Positions 38,101 through 51,700 of a stretch of DNA of 64,000 nucleotides are shown piece after piece; the first letter of the stretch is position 1; the number at the start of each line of letters is the position of its first letter. The stretch is from positions 401,822,001 through 401,886,000 of the forward strand of contig OZ024741.1 of assembly GCA_964016885.1 (NCBI GenBank), in the 5' to 3' direction. The DNA is from Eledone cirrhosa (lineage: Eukaryota). A program made the position numbers and the translations under genes. Below the pieces are notes generated by a model. The model made no database searches and was not told the origin of the DNA. It worked only from the letters and a program-made list of their open reading frames with translations.

Positions 38101-41100
38101 CAGGTGTAATATCCACCTCCAAAGTGAAACTGGTGTAATATCCACCTCCAAAGTGAAACTGGTGTAATATTTACCTCCAAAGTGAAACTGGTGTAATATC
38201 CACCTCCAAAGTGAAACTGGTGTAATATCCACCTCCAAAGTGAAACTGGTGTAATATCCACCTCCAAAGTGAAACTGGTGTAATATTCACCGCCAAAGTG
38301 AAAATATTTTAGCACCTGATTTATGTAGAATTTGAGGTTGATGAAAATTGGCAAAATTTTCACCAACTTGAAACTCTACAAATATTCTCGAATATAAGTC
38401 CACCCTACCATTGGTTGTCTTTGTCTCGTGTTTCTTGGTTTATATACAAGTCATCAACATCAACGTTTTACGTCCGTTCTTCCACGCTGGCATGGGTTAG
38501 ATGGGTTGTCCTGTTGTGGGCAGTGACCGGTCGGCTGACCTTGTCCTGCTCATACGGGAACTGATTCTGGCTTGATTTCTACAGCTGGATGCCCTTCCTA
38601 ACACCAACCTCATTTACAGTGAGTGCTGGGTGCTTTTTTTCTGTGGCGCCTACATGTCCACTTTACAGTGTGGGCTGGGTGCTTTTTTGAAGTGGGGGCA
38701 TATTGTCTATATGCTTCAGCTTCACTTGTACCCGTGGGGGGCTCGGGTCTTCCGTATTACTGTATGAAACCAGAGGTCACGGTCTGGTGTCATCGCCTTT
38801 GAGAGGTGTAATTGGGTAAGATCAGCTTTTATCACCTCATCCCAGGTCTTCTTGGGTCTCCCCACTCCACGGCTTCCATTGACTTCTAGTGCTCTGCACC
38901 TTTTTATGCAGCCGTCATCCTTCATACGCATCACATGTCCATACCAACGCAACCGCCTCTCCTGCACACAGCATTTGATTCCTCTTATACTCAGTCTCTC
39001 TCTCAATTCATTTATACTTTGCCGTTCGCGTATATTACTATTATGCATCCATCGGAGCATGCAGGCTTCATTTCTTTCTAATCTACGCAAGTCTTCTACA
39101 GACAATGCCCAGGTCTCACTACCATGTAACATTGCTGTTCATATACATGCATCATACAGTCTGCCTTTCATTTTGAGAGAAAAGCCTTTTGCAGCTAGCA
39201 GTGGTAGTAGCTCCTTGAACTTCTTCCATCCCGTTCTTACCCTACTTATTGTACTTTCCGAACACCCACCTCTGCTGCTAATTTGGTTGCCTAGGTAGCA
39301 GAAGCTGTCTACTGTTTCTACAGAGCCCTCCCAGAGTTTGGTGGTGCTTGTTTCCTGTGGCTATTTGCTGCTTGCTGTCCCAGCAGAGCTGCTACATGTG
39401 AAGCCTACATTCTTAATTAAGCTTCCTGAGATCCTGCTACATCTCTTGTGTACCCATTGTTTGCATTTGGAGCAGAGAATGGAGTTCCTACCTACACCTT
39501 TCCTACATACTGAGCAAGGCCATTTCCCTGAGGGGATCTGGGTTCTGTTTTCTCGTCTATTTACAAGGACCTTAGACTTTGTCAGGTTGACTTTGAGACC
39601 CTTTCTTTCTAGTCCCTGCTTCCAAGTTTTGAATTTCTTCTCTAGTTCTACCATAGATTCAGCTATAAGTGCGAGGTCATCTGTATACAGGAGTTCCCAT
39701 GGGCATCCGGTCTTAAGCTCCTCCATTATTGCCTGCAGGACTATGATGAAAAGGAGAGGGTTAAGAACAGAGCCCTGGTGGACACCGACCTGTACGCTAA
39801 ATTCCTCGCTATACTCATTGCTAATCCTAACTTTGCTGACTGCTCCCCTATACATGGCTTTACAGCTTTCACAAGCCATTCATCTACTCCTAGTTTTCTA
39901 AGAGCCCACCAGATTACAGCACGTGGAACTCTGTCAAAGTCTTTCTCAAGATCAACGAATGCCAGGTAGAGTGGGTTACTTTTAGCTAGGTACTTTTCCT
40001 GTAACTGCCTCACAAGGAAGAGGGCATCAGCGGTGCCTCATCTTGGCACAAACCCAAATTGCATCTCATCTAGTTTCACGTGTGGTTATAGTGTGACCTA
40101 CTGACCCAGGTGCCTTCAGCATCTCGGCAGCTATACCCGATGGACCTGTTGCCTTCCCCGTCTTCATATCTTTGATTGCCTTACTTACTATGCTGCTGCT
40201 GACTTGTACTGCCGGCCCCTCTAGAGGGTCTACTTGGGATAGGGTCTCTTCTTCCCATGCATTCTCCTCATTTAGTAATCTATCATAATGGCTCTTCCAC
40301 GCATCTTTCTTCTCAGCACTTGTGAGAGCAAGCTCACCTTTATCATTCCGGATACACTTCTCTCCAAAGACATCACAACTATCTCTGACACACTGCCTCA
40401 CAATCTTAAACACCTCCTATTTCTGGTCCTCACGTTGCAAAACATGCTTGAATTTTCTATCCTCTGCTTCCCTCCTAGCTAAGTATACTTGTCACCTAGC
40501 TTCCCTCTTGGTCTCTATGTAAATATACCCTGCTTCCCCCGTTCTTCCATTCTTTCCATGCCTGTCTCATGGCCTTAACTGCCTCATCTACCTTATTGTT
40601 CCACCACCAAGTCACTCTCCACCTGCCTGTGGTCTTACTCCAGCCACAGATCTCATCCGTTGCCTCTAGTAAGTTATTTTTTAGAAACTCCCAGTGCTCT
40701 TCTACATTGAATGTCTTTATCTGTTCTTCTTTACTGTCGTAGGCATTGAGTAAAATATCTTTAAATCTGTTACTGGCTGAGGTGTCTTTCAGCTTCCAGA
40801 TCTTTCTTCTCCAGGTTTGTCTAGTTCTGACCGTGAGGTCACTGACAACTAAGCTATGTTGGGAGGTACATTCCTCACTAGGGAAGGCTTTTGTGTTTAC
40901 AACCGTCCATCTGTCACGTCCTCTGATGAGGATAAAATCTATCTGACGTCACGTTCTCTGATGAGGATAAAATCTATCTGACAAGTATAGAAGGTATTGA
41001 ACCAATTAGAAAATAAGACGATAAGTTCATATGACTTAATAAAGAAGACTTCTATTTTGTTGTAGGTTGTTTATGGTCTAGCTGGTCATCGTGGGGAAGT

Positions 41101-41268
41101 TGCAGCAGATCTTGTGGAATTGGTAACAGATTCAGATATAAGTAAATATCATTTTCAACATTGGACAAACTGTTGATCACCAAACTATTTCCATATTTCT
41201 ATGTAATTTCACAAATACTTTCTCTCTCTCTCTCTCTACTTACATTCTTTATTCTCAATATCACTCTT

Positions 41269-41340
<72 letters not shown>

Positions 41341-41349
41341 TTCTCTCTC

Positions 41350-41440
<91 letters not shown>

Positions 41441-44400
41441 TTCTTACTCTTTCCCCCTCTTTTTCTCTCTCAATATCACTCTCTCTTTCTCTCTCATTTT
41501 ATACTCACATTCTTTATTCTTAATGTCACACTCTCTCTCTCTCTCTTGCTCCCTCTCTCTCTTTCTCTCTCTCTTCCCTCTCTCTACACAGTTTCATGTA
41601 CTCAGTCCATCCACAATACCCTCTCCTCTCCCTTCTCTACGTGCTGACACTCAAGCCATTACTGGGGAAGCTGGAGTTGTTGCAGGACATCCCACTTGAA
41701 CCAGGACATGGAAGTACTGTGTTAGCATATCTGGACTACATCCCATGATGGTGTCAAACACCTCGGAAATTGAGATGGTCAGCAACTTCTTATGAAAGGT
41801 TAACGGGAGCAACAAATCCACCCAGATGAGTCAGTGGGTTTGCAGCTGAGCACCTAGAGAGGTAATATACCATTCAGCAGTGCTGATACAGGTTCCACTG
41901 GTCAAATGGTCCATTTGCTGCCAACACCTTTTTCTGTAGAGGGCTGGCATACTGTGGCTGGTGATGCACAAACATTCACAGGTGTGAACAGGTGCGGTCG
42001 CCATTTGACTGGGTCAAGCTGAGACCAAGACTGGGTGCCTGGCATTTGGAATGTTGTCAGGCACTCACATATCTCTACCAATCAGGCAATGTGATCAGTG
42101 GAAATTTCACATTAACATTCTATGGAGGATTAGTGGTGGGCATCATCATCATCATCATCATTTTACGTCCGCTTTTCCCTGCTTGCAAGGGTGTGACGGG
42201 TCCTATTCAGCACAGCATCTCTCCACTTGTCACAGTCCATCTTTATTTCCTCCGTGAGCTTTAGCATGTGTGGCAATATTCTCAGGAAGACTCAGGACAT
42301 CGATGTAAACAAACTAGCCACTCTGTTCCAGTCTGGAGCCTATGGATGATTTTCAGAAATCTCTACAGTGCTACCAGGGGGCACTGCCAGCCAGTTTGAA
42401 ACAAACTTCTACAGACACAGAAGTGCTGTCAGATGAGTGCATTGCAACGAAACTGTTCTGCATGCACCAATATCCAGGCATTGCTAACTTGTGATGTTTT
42501 GTCAAACAGCTATTGTCATGTGTAGGACAGATCTGGCTATTGGCCATCTCCATTGTAGAGACTATCCCACCATCTTACAATCATAATAATTGTTTCTTAT
42601 ATAGGCACAAGGCCAGCAATTTTGGGGAGGAGAAAGTCGATTAAATCGACCCCAGTGCATGACTGGTACTTTATTTTATCGACCCCATAAGGATGAATGG
42701 CAAAGTTAACCTCGGCAGGATTTGAACTCAGATCATAAAGGACGTAACTCTATGCTGCAAAGCATGGCGTCCAGCCCTCTACCGATACTGCCAGTCCACC
42801 GCCCTTAATAATAATAATTGTTTCTACTTTTGGCACAAGGCCAGCAATTACCCAGTGCATTACTGGTACTTTATTTTATCGACCCCGTAAGGATGAAAGG
42901 TAAAGTCAACTTCGGCGGGATTTGGATAATAATAATGAAAATTATTGTGTACAGTGCTCAGGTGCACTACAGCTCATCAAAGGTGCATGTATAATACATA
43001 GAATAATGTACAAATGTCAGGAAAGTGAACAGTGTATGTGTCAGGATATACACACAGACACATGCAGGAAGCATGGAAGTTTTGAAGGATACATTGTCCC
43101 GATAGCTAACAACAGATGCAGGTAGTTTGGTGTTTAGGTCAAGAAAGACAGGCAGTTTTCCTGTCTGGTGGCTGTAGCAAAAGATTATGTAATAGCCATG
43201 ACTGAAAGGACTCAATACACACTTTCCTTTTTGGCCAAACCCTCATCGATGTTAAAAATTATTTATTTATGCTTGTTTTAAATTTGTTTTTTATGAAAAT
43301 TTCTAAATGACATTTTAAAATATTTCTTTTGATATAAATTATTTCTAAATGTTTGTTTAAATATTTCTTTTGATATAAATTATTTCTAAATGTTTGTTTA
43401 AATATTTCTTTTGATATAAATTATTTCTAAATGTTTGTTTAAATATTTCTTTTGATATAAATTATTTCTAAATGTTGGTTTAAATATTTGTTCTGGCTAA
43501 CAGATCTCTTCTAGGAGGATCATCTTCTGCATGTAACTCAAGTTTATATGAATCAGACGCCTGCCAAGAGGAAAAATGTCCTCCTGATTGTCATATTCGG
43601 AACAAATTTTATTACCACAATGAAAAGACTAGAGAAGACGAATGCCAAGTTTGGTAATAAACCATTTTGTCTCTTATTATAAGTAAAATATATATAATTC
43701 TAGATGGAATTATCAGATACTTTCAGATTTATACATTTAGTCTCTGATTGGTAGTTCGAAATTATGCCTGGTGAATATTTTGGTTTTACCCTTGTTGTAG
43801 AGATATACAAACCAGGTGTTGCGCACCATTATAACACTTTATCATACACTTAAGCTGCTAGTGCACCTCTCTCCCTCTCTCTCTCCCTCCCTCCCCCTCT
43901 CTCTATAAGCTACTTCCTCTGCTGACGAAGAAGGGTTTCTCCCTGCGTATGAAAGGCCGGTTATATGATGCTTGTGTGAGGTGCGCGATGCTACATGGTA
44001 GTGAGACATGGGCAGCAACTGCAGAGGATATGCGACGGCTGGAGAGAAATGAGGCAAGCATGCTCCGTTGGATGTGCAGTGTCAATGTGTGTGAACGACC
44101 GAGCATGGATGTGTTGAGAGAGAAACTGTGTCTGAGAGGGATAGAATGTAGTGTATGGGAGAGAGGAGATTGAGGTGGTATGGACATGTGATGTGCATGG
44201 AGGATGACCGATGGGTGAAGAAGTGCCAAGAAATGCCAGAAAAAGGAAGACCATGAAAAACATGGGCGGAAGTGGTGAGAACAGACCTCAGATTGCTGAA
44301 GCTCACGGTGGAGATGACGAAGGACCGTGACAAGTGGAGAGATGCTGTGCTGAATAGGACCCGTCCCACCCTTGCAAACAGGGAAAAGCGGACGATAAAT

Positions 44401-44474
44401 GATGATGATGATATATATATATTCATATATATAAATATATATATATATATATACATACATACATATATATATAT

Positions 44475-44532
<58 letters not shown>

Positions 44533-45409
44533 ATATATATACATATATATATATCATCATCGTTTAACGTCTATCTTCCATGCTAGCATGGGTTAGACGG
44601 GAGTTGTCCTACTTGAAGCAAGATTGGTCGGGTGACCGTGTCTCACTCATATAGGACTGTCTGGCAGGTTTTCTACGGCTGGATGCCCTTCCTAACACCA
44701 ACCACATTTACAGTGTGGAACTGGGAACTTTTTACGGTGTTACCTACATGGCCACATTACAGCGTGGACTGTGTGTTTTTTCTCGTGACACCTACACAAT
44801 CTCGATCTCGATATCTCATTTATTTGGACTGGATGTTTTGGTACCAACTTTACAGAGAGAGGGTGGTGTTGGTGGGAGTAGTGGATTGGGGTGTATATTT
44901 GGTTAAGAGCTGCCTACTGACTGTAGGTTTTGCTTTGTACATAGGCAAGGCGGGTCTTCTGTATTACTGTGTAGCGCCAAAGATCTCGGTCCGGTGACAT
45001 TGTCTTAGAGAGATGCAAGTGTGTAAGGTTGGAATTTATCAGATCGTCCCAGGTTTTTCTGGGTCTACCTACTCCGTAACTACCATCATTTTTGATCGCC
45101 CTGCACTTTTTTATACAGCTGTTGTCTTTCATGCGCATCACATGGCCATACCAACGTAGCCTTCTCTCAAGTAAACAGCATCTGATCCCTCTTATTCCTA
45201 ATTTCTCACTTAGTTCATTTATGCTTTGCCGTTCACGTATATTACTATTACACATCCAATGGAGCATGCATGCTTCATTCCTCTCCAGTCTGTGCAGGTC
45301 CTCTGCACACAATACCCATGTCTCACTGCCATGTAGCATTGTTGTTCATATACAGGCATCATACAGCCTGCCTTTCAGTTTTAGAGAGAAACCTTTTGTG
45401 GCCAACAGC

Positions 45410-45456
<47 letters not shown>

Positions 45457-45650
45457 AAGTTTGTCCTCATCAGTGGCCTTCCAACCGTCGTAGGCATTTC
45501 GTCGCATTAAAGGCCATATACCTCAGGTTGGTGCGAGCAACGGCTAAAAAAAGTCGTTGGGACACGTAAATAAAGGGGACGCTAGGGTAAACAAACAAAA
45601 TGGTTTAAGCAACAGAAAGTGATTTCATCACTTTCTGTTGCTTTGCAGCT

Positions 45651-45734
<84 letters not shown>

Positions 45735-48700
45735 TCATCATTCCATTTTATGTCTGCTTTTTCCCTGCTTGCAAGGGTGGGACGGGAACTGATTCTGGCT
45801 TGATTTCTACAGCTGGATGCCCTTCCTAACACCAACCTCATTTACAGTGAGTGCTGGGTGCTTTTTTGCCGTGGCACCTCCACGACCACTTTGCAGTGGA
45901 ATGATAGGGAAATAATGTGAAATAAAGTGTCTTGCTCAAGGAAACAACACATCACCCAGTCTGAGAATTGAACTCACAACCTTTTGATTGCAAGGCCAAT
46001 GCTCTAACCACTAAGCCATGTGCCTCCATTATATATATAACAGGCAAAACCCCAGAGTAACAAGACTCACTAATTAGACTTAATAAAATGTATATATATC
46101 TATAATGTACATATATACATGTATATAATAATAATGAAATTATTGTGTAAAGTGCTCAGGTGCACTACAACTCGTCAATATAGTACATAGAATAATACAC
46201 AAATGCCAGGGAAGTACATGTTTGTATGTGTTAGCTGTAGTGTTGGCGGATCTCGGGAAGCATGGAGGCCTTAAAGGATGCAGCGTCTCGACAGCTAACA
46301 ACTGATGCAGGTAGTTTGTTCCATGCTTCAGCAACTCTGAGCGTGAAAAAATGTTTCCGAAAGTCATGGGAGCTGTGCTGTTTTCTGACTTTGTGGGCAT
46401 GTCCCCGTGTGTTAGACACATGGAAATCGAAGGTATATATATATACCTTGTTTTTGTATTTGTTAGCAGCCTGACCCTCCCAAAGTATAATAATATATAT
46501 GTATGTGTATATGTATATATATATGTATTATATATGTGTGTATGTATGTATATTTAAATCCTAGATAATAACATAGAAATATATTTCCTCCAGTTACTGT
46601 AGAGAATTCAGAGAAAAATGTGAGCCACTTCCCCTCCGTAATGGTAAGGAACTATTTTATTGTTTTTTCATAAAGTATTCTATCCTTTTCCACAAAACCA
46701 TCATCATCATCAGCAGCAGCAGCATTATCATGATCGTGGTCTTTGTTGTTGTCATCATCCCCACCATCATCAATACCACCATCATCATTGTTGTCATCAT
46801 CATTATTATCACCATCATCATCACCATCCAATTTTGATTCAAGAAATATTTCTAAATTCCAGCAACTGCTGGCTGGACTGATTGGACTGACTGGAGCGGC
46901 TGTACCCAAACATGTAAAGGTGGAATAAACTTCCGACTCCGTTATTGTACCAATCCTCCACCCCGCTGTGGAGCAGATCCTTGTAAGGGATCGCCCTTAG
47001 AAGAGAAAGCATGCAATGAAAATAAAGCATGTAAGTAAACCTTAACCTTCCAAGACAGTTTTTGGCCTTGTGCCTAAATCAGAAACCATTTTATTGATCA
47101 GTAACTAAACAATTGTTTGATATGAATAGCCTTCAACTGCTAAGGGGTTTGGGGGCTTAAGCCCCTCCAATAATGTAGAAAGTAATTTGTTGTGGTTTGC
47201 TTTTTACTTCACTGATTTCCTATTGTCTCTAAATATGTTAGTATGATCTTGTTTTTAATTTCTTTCTAAGTCTCGTATTGGTGATAAAAAAGAGTGGCAC
47301 AAGGCCAGCAATTATCCCAGTGCATTACTGGTACTTTATTTTATCGACCTCATTCAGCGGGATTTGAACTCAGAATGTAATGGACCATAACTCTATGCTG
47401 CAAAGCATGGCGTCTGACCCTCTACAGATACTGCCAGTGAGCTAATAATAATGATACACATGTGCAGTATACTTAAGTCCCAAGCCAGCAAAATGGTTTC
47501 ATACTATATGTTTATATTCGTTTCAAAACCTTCCTCCTTCATTAGGAAGCTTTGTTAACCTTTTTTTGTTAACAACCTACCTGAGACTGCCCCAATATTT
47601 CATACAAAACTTGTTTGCAATTAAATTAAAAAGCCTATCCTAATTTTATAATAGACTTTTTTGTTATAGGCACAAGGCCAGCAATTTGAAGGGGGAGGGG
47701 AACAGTCGATTAAATCGAACCCACTACTATCTGGTACTTTATTTTATTGACCCCATAAGGATGAAAGGCTAAGCTAACCTTGGCGGGATTTGAACTCAGA
47801 ATGTAAAGGGCTGTAACTATATGCTGCAAAGCCTGTTGTCCGACACTTTACCAATACTGCCAATCCACCTCCCTCCAATAATAATGAAAAAAATACTTAT
47901 TTTACGAAGTCTTTCCAAAGTTTTCATTATTTTCAAAATTAACTGAAACAGACAAGCAGCACATTTTATTAGAAATATGGTATTAATCCTTTAGCATTTA
48001 AACTAGTCGTGTCCAGCCAGAATTCTCTCACCTTTTTCTGTTCAAACTGGCCATAAGTGGCTGCTCATACTTATGTTAAAGTATTGTTCTCAAAATAAAG
48101 ACTTTACAGAGAAAATACAATAGTATATATAGAGTAATATAAATGCTAAAGGGTTAATAGGGTTAAGTTATGCTCCAAACAACTGCTTAATAACGAAAGG
48201 GTTATTATGTTACTAAATCCCTCCAGATTCTTGATTAACTTTCAAAATTATTTGCAAATTATAGAGAGTGTCTTTTATTAGAAATATGGTAACAAAATGG
48301 TAACATTCCACATGTCTAACACACGTGGACATGCTTACAAAATCAGAAAACAGCACAGTTGCCATGTCTTTAGAAAACATATTCTCATGCTCAGAGTTGC
48401 TGAAGCATGGAACAAACTACCTGCATCAGTTGTTAGCTGTCGAGACACTGCATCCTTTAAACCTTCCATGCTTCCAGAGATTTTCCAACACTGCACCCGA
48501 TATTTACTCTCCATTCACATACACGCATGTGTATGTGTTTCTCTGTATATCTGTGTGTATATCATGACTCATACACTGTTCATTTTCCTGATTTTTGTAC
48601 ATTATTCCATGTATTATACATGCACCTTTGATGAGTTGTAGTTCACTTGAGCACTGTACACAATAATTTTCATTATTATTATTAAAAGGGCGGTGAATTG

Positions 48701-51700
48701 GCAGTATCGGTAGAGGGTCGTGTGCCATGCTTTGTAGCATAGTTACTTCCCTTTACGATCTGAGGTCAAATCCTGCTGAGGTTAACTTTGCTTTTCACCC
48801 TTACAGGGTCGATAAAATAAAGTTACCAGTAATGCACTGGGTAATTGCTGGCCTTGTGCCAAAAGTAGAAACATTATTATTAAAAGGGTTTTATTTATTA
48901 AAATGTCTCATTTTAGAATTGAAATAAACATAGAAGGTGCTTCACTGTAATATGTTTTACTATAACATAGTCTAATAATGGAGTGTATAAACCCACTGAA
49001 TGGAGGTTGTGTGCTGATACCCATCTTTTTCCATTCAGTGGGTTTATATGCCCCATTAAAAAGGGTAAAGCGCAAATACCCCCTTCAGTCATGAATGACC
49101 ATGGGCCTTGTACCTACAAAGTTCCCCTCTGAGGCACAAATCTGGGCAAGGTTTGTTTGTGGAAGACCCATGTATACCAGTCTCTCCTCTCCATGCCACC
49201 GAAACTGTCCAAGGGAAAGGTAATGGCCGATACAGCTTGGCACCAGTGATGTCACAACATATATATACACTATATATGATGTTTTTCTAAGGGAAAGGTA
49301 ATGGCCGATACAGCTTGGCACCAGTGACATTACAACTCATATATATATAAAGGATCGATTGACTTTCGTCAAATCGGACCAAGGAAACAATGTTTTCATC
49401 GGTCTTCCCAGTTGCTATATATATATACACAACATTGGTACCACAACATCCAGTCCGAAACAAATGAGGTCGTGTAGGTGTCATGAAAAAAAAACACACA
49501 GTCCACGCTGTAATGTGGCCGTGTAGGTAACACGGTAAAAACCTCCCAGTCCACTCTGTAAGTGTGGTTGGTGTTAGGAAAGGCATCCAGCCATAGAAAA
49601 CCCGCCAGACAGTCCTGAGCAAGACAACCAATCTTGCCTCAAGTGGGAAAACTCCCGTCCAAACCCATGCAAGCGTGGAAGATGGACGTTAAACGATGAT
49701 GATGATGATGATGATGATACATACATTATATATACACTACATATGATGCTGTCCAAGGGAAAGGCAATAGCCAATACAGCTTGGCATCCATGATGTCGCA
49801 ACTCATTTCTACAGCTGAGTAAACTGGAGCAATGTGAAATAAAGTGTCTTGCTGAAGAACACGCCACAAAGCTGGGTCCGAGAATTGAAATCATAGCCTA
49901 GCCCGACACTCTAACCAATAAGCCATGTTACGGCGAAGCATCTCTTTCTATTTCAATTTTAAACTTCTCTCACAACATTCCAAAAATACTTCCTTTGTCT
50001 CGTTCCAGGTTTTGCTCCTTCCTCTATTAGTAGAACGAAACATTGTCCAGGAAAATTTGAAGAGTACACGGTGGAAAAATCTTGTGAAAGAACTTGTGAC
50101 AAGCGATTTGAAATGAGTAGAATTGAAACATGTAAAGACAGACATCATTGCATCTGTAAAGATGGTTATTATAAGAGATATAATGAATGTGTTCCAGGAA
50201 TAAAATGTGACGTGTGTCATGTTAATGGAAATATCTATATGGTGAGACATTTCTTCTCTTAAATATTTGTACTAATTAGTAGTGATGAAGATGATTATGG
50301 AGGGGGGGGGGGGGGGCAGCAATAATAATGATGGTGATGATGATGATCATTATAATGAAGATGATGATGGTGATGATGACAATGATAATAATTGTTTCTA
50401 CTTTTGGCACAAGGCCAGCAATTACCAGTATATTACTGGTACTTTATTTTTTCGACCCCGTAAGGATGAAAGGCAAAGTTAACCTCGGCAGGATTCGAAC
50501 TCAGACCATAAAGGGCCATAACTCTTTGCTGCAAAGCATGGCGTCTGACCCTCTACCGATACTGCCGATGATTATGGTGGTGATGATGGTGATGATGGTT
50601 ATTATGGTCATAATGATGGTTATTATGGTGATTATGGTGGTAATGATGATGATAATGATGTTATCTATCTATATACTACTATAACTCTGTGATCGTGTCT
50701 TGTCTGTAATGTAATACAGCCAAAATGGCTTATAATGGGAATACTTTGAAAGGAAGTTGCCCCTGAAATCGGAATAGAAATGGAGTAAATTTTGTGTAAA
50801 TCAGAGCATGGGTTCCTGAGATACGGGGTTGACCGGGGACCTTCATAAGCAGAGAGACAGACATAGAGGGAGAATATGTACACACACTCACACATACACA
50901 CACACACACATATATATATGGGCCTTCCAATTTAATTTTACATTATATACATGTCTGTGTATATTTTAATTATTTTAAAATTGATTTTAAGTGAATATGA
51001 CCCAAAGGTCACAGGTGGTCTAGTTATTATTATTACTAGCAGAAAAACCACCCTTCCGGTGGTTTTCTGCTAGCATGTGTAGTGTGTATATTGATATTAT
51101 ACGCAAGTATATATACATGTAGATATAATACATGAAATAACATCGTAATTGACAATATACACAGAAATTGAACGAAGACTGTGTTACACTCTCTTATGTA
51201 ATCAGTAACGTAATCCATGATACATTAAAAAAGACGATATTATATATAAACTGCATTACGAGAAAATTAGTGACGGAAATATATGATTGTTTATTTAAGC
51301 GATGTAATAAAAGTTATAATATAACGGCTGCTAACCGGAAGTGTTGGCATTTGAAAATTTTAAAACAGTGAATCTTTAAATAAGCAATAAAATATATTCA
51401 ATCAAGAGTTACGAAATTTATCAGATAAATTATGTAATATTCATTCATTATTTATTCAAAGTAATCCAAATTATTTATTCAAAGTAATCCAAATTATTTT
51501 ACAAATGGGGTAAAAAAAATATATTCTGGACGCAGTGCCGCACTCCTTACTTTATTATAGTTTAGATATTGTTACAGTTTTATGTGCAGTATCTCTGAAA
51601 ATAATTATATTGTATTGAATTTGATTTTGCAGCAAGGCCGTGTATGGGAACGCCCAGGAAGTTGTGAAATATGTCAATGTGTAGCCAGGGTAGCTGTGTG

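Noticed and set aside
37930-38366. Repetitive ORFs on the - strand
   Set aside because: Translation of the 29-bp minisatellite
41161-41523. SL-repeat ORF, and the YI-repeat ORFs at 43903-45841
   Set aside because: (CT)n and (TA)n microsatellite translations
41640-42560. Moderately GC-rich unique-looking stretch, possibly an old TE or an extra exon
   Set aside because: No recognisable motif. Exons E and F already join in phase within one TSP1 domain, so no exon is needed; it cannot be classified without a search.
46652-46928. Asp/His/Met-rich short ORFs (also 50282-50684)
   Set aside because: (CAT/GAT)n trinucleotide microsatellites in introns
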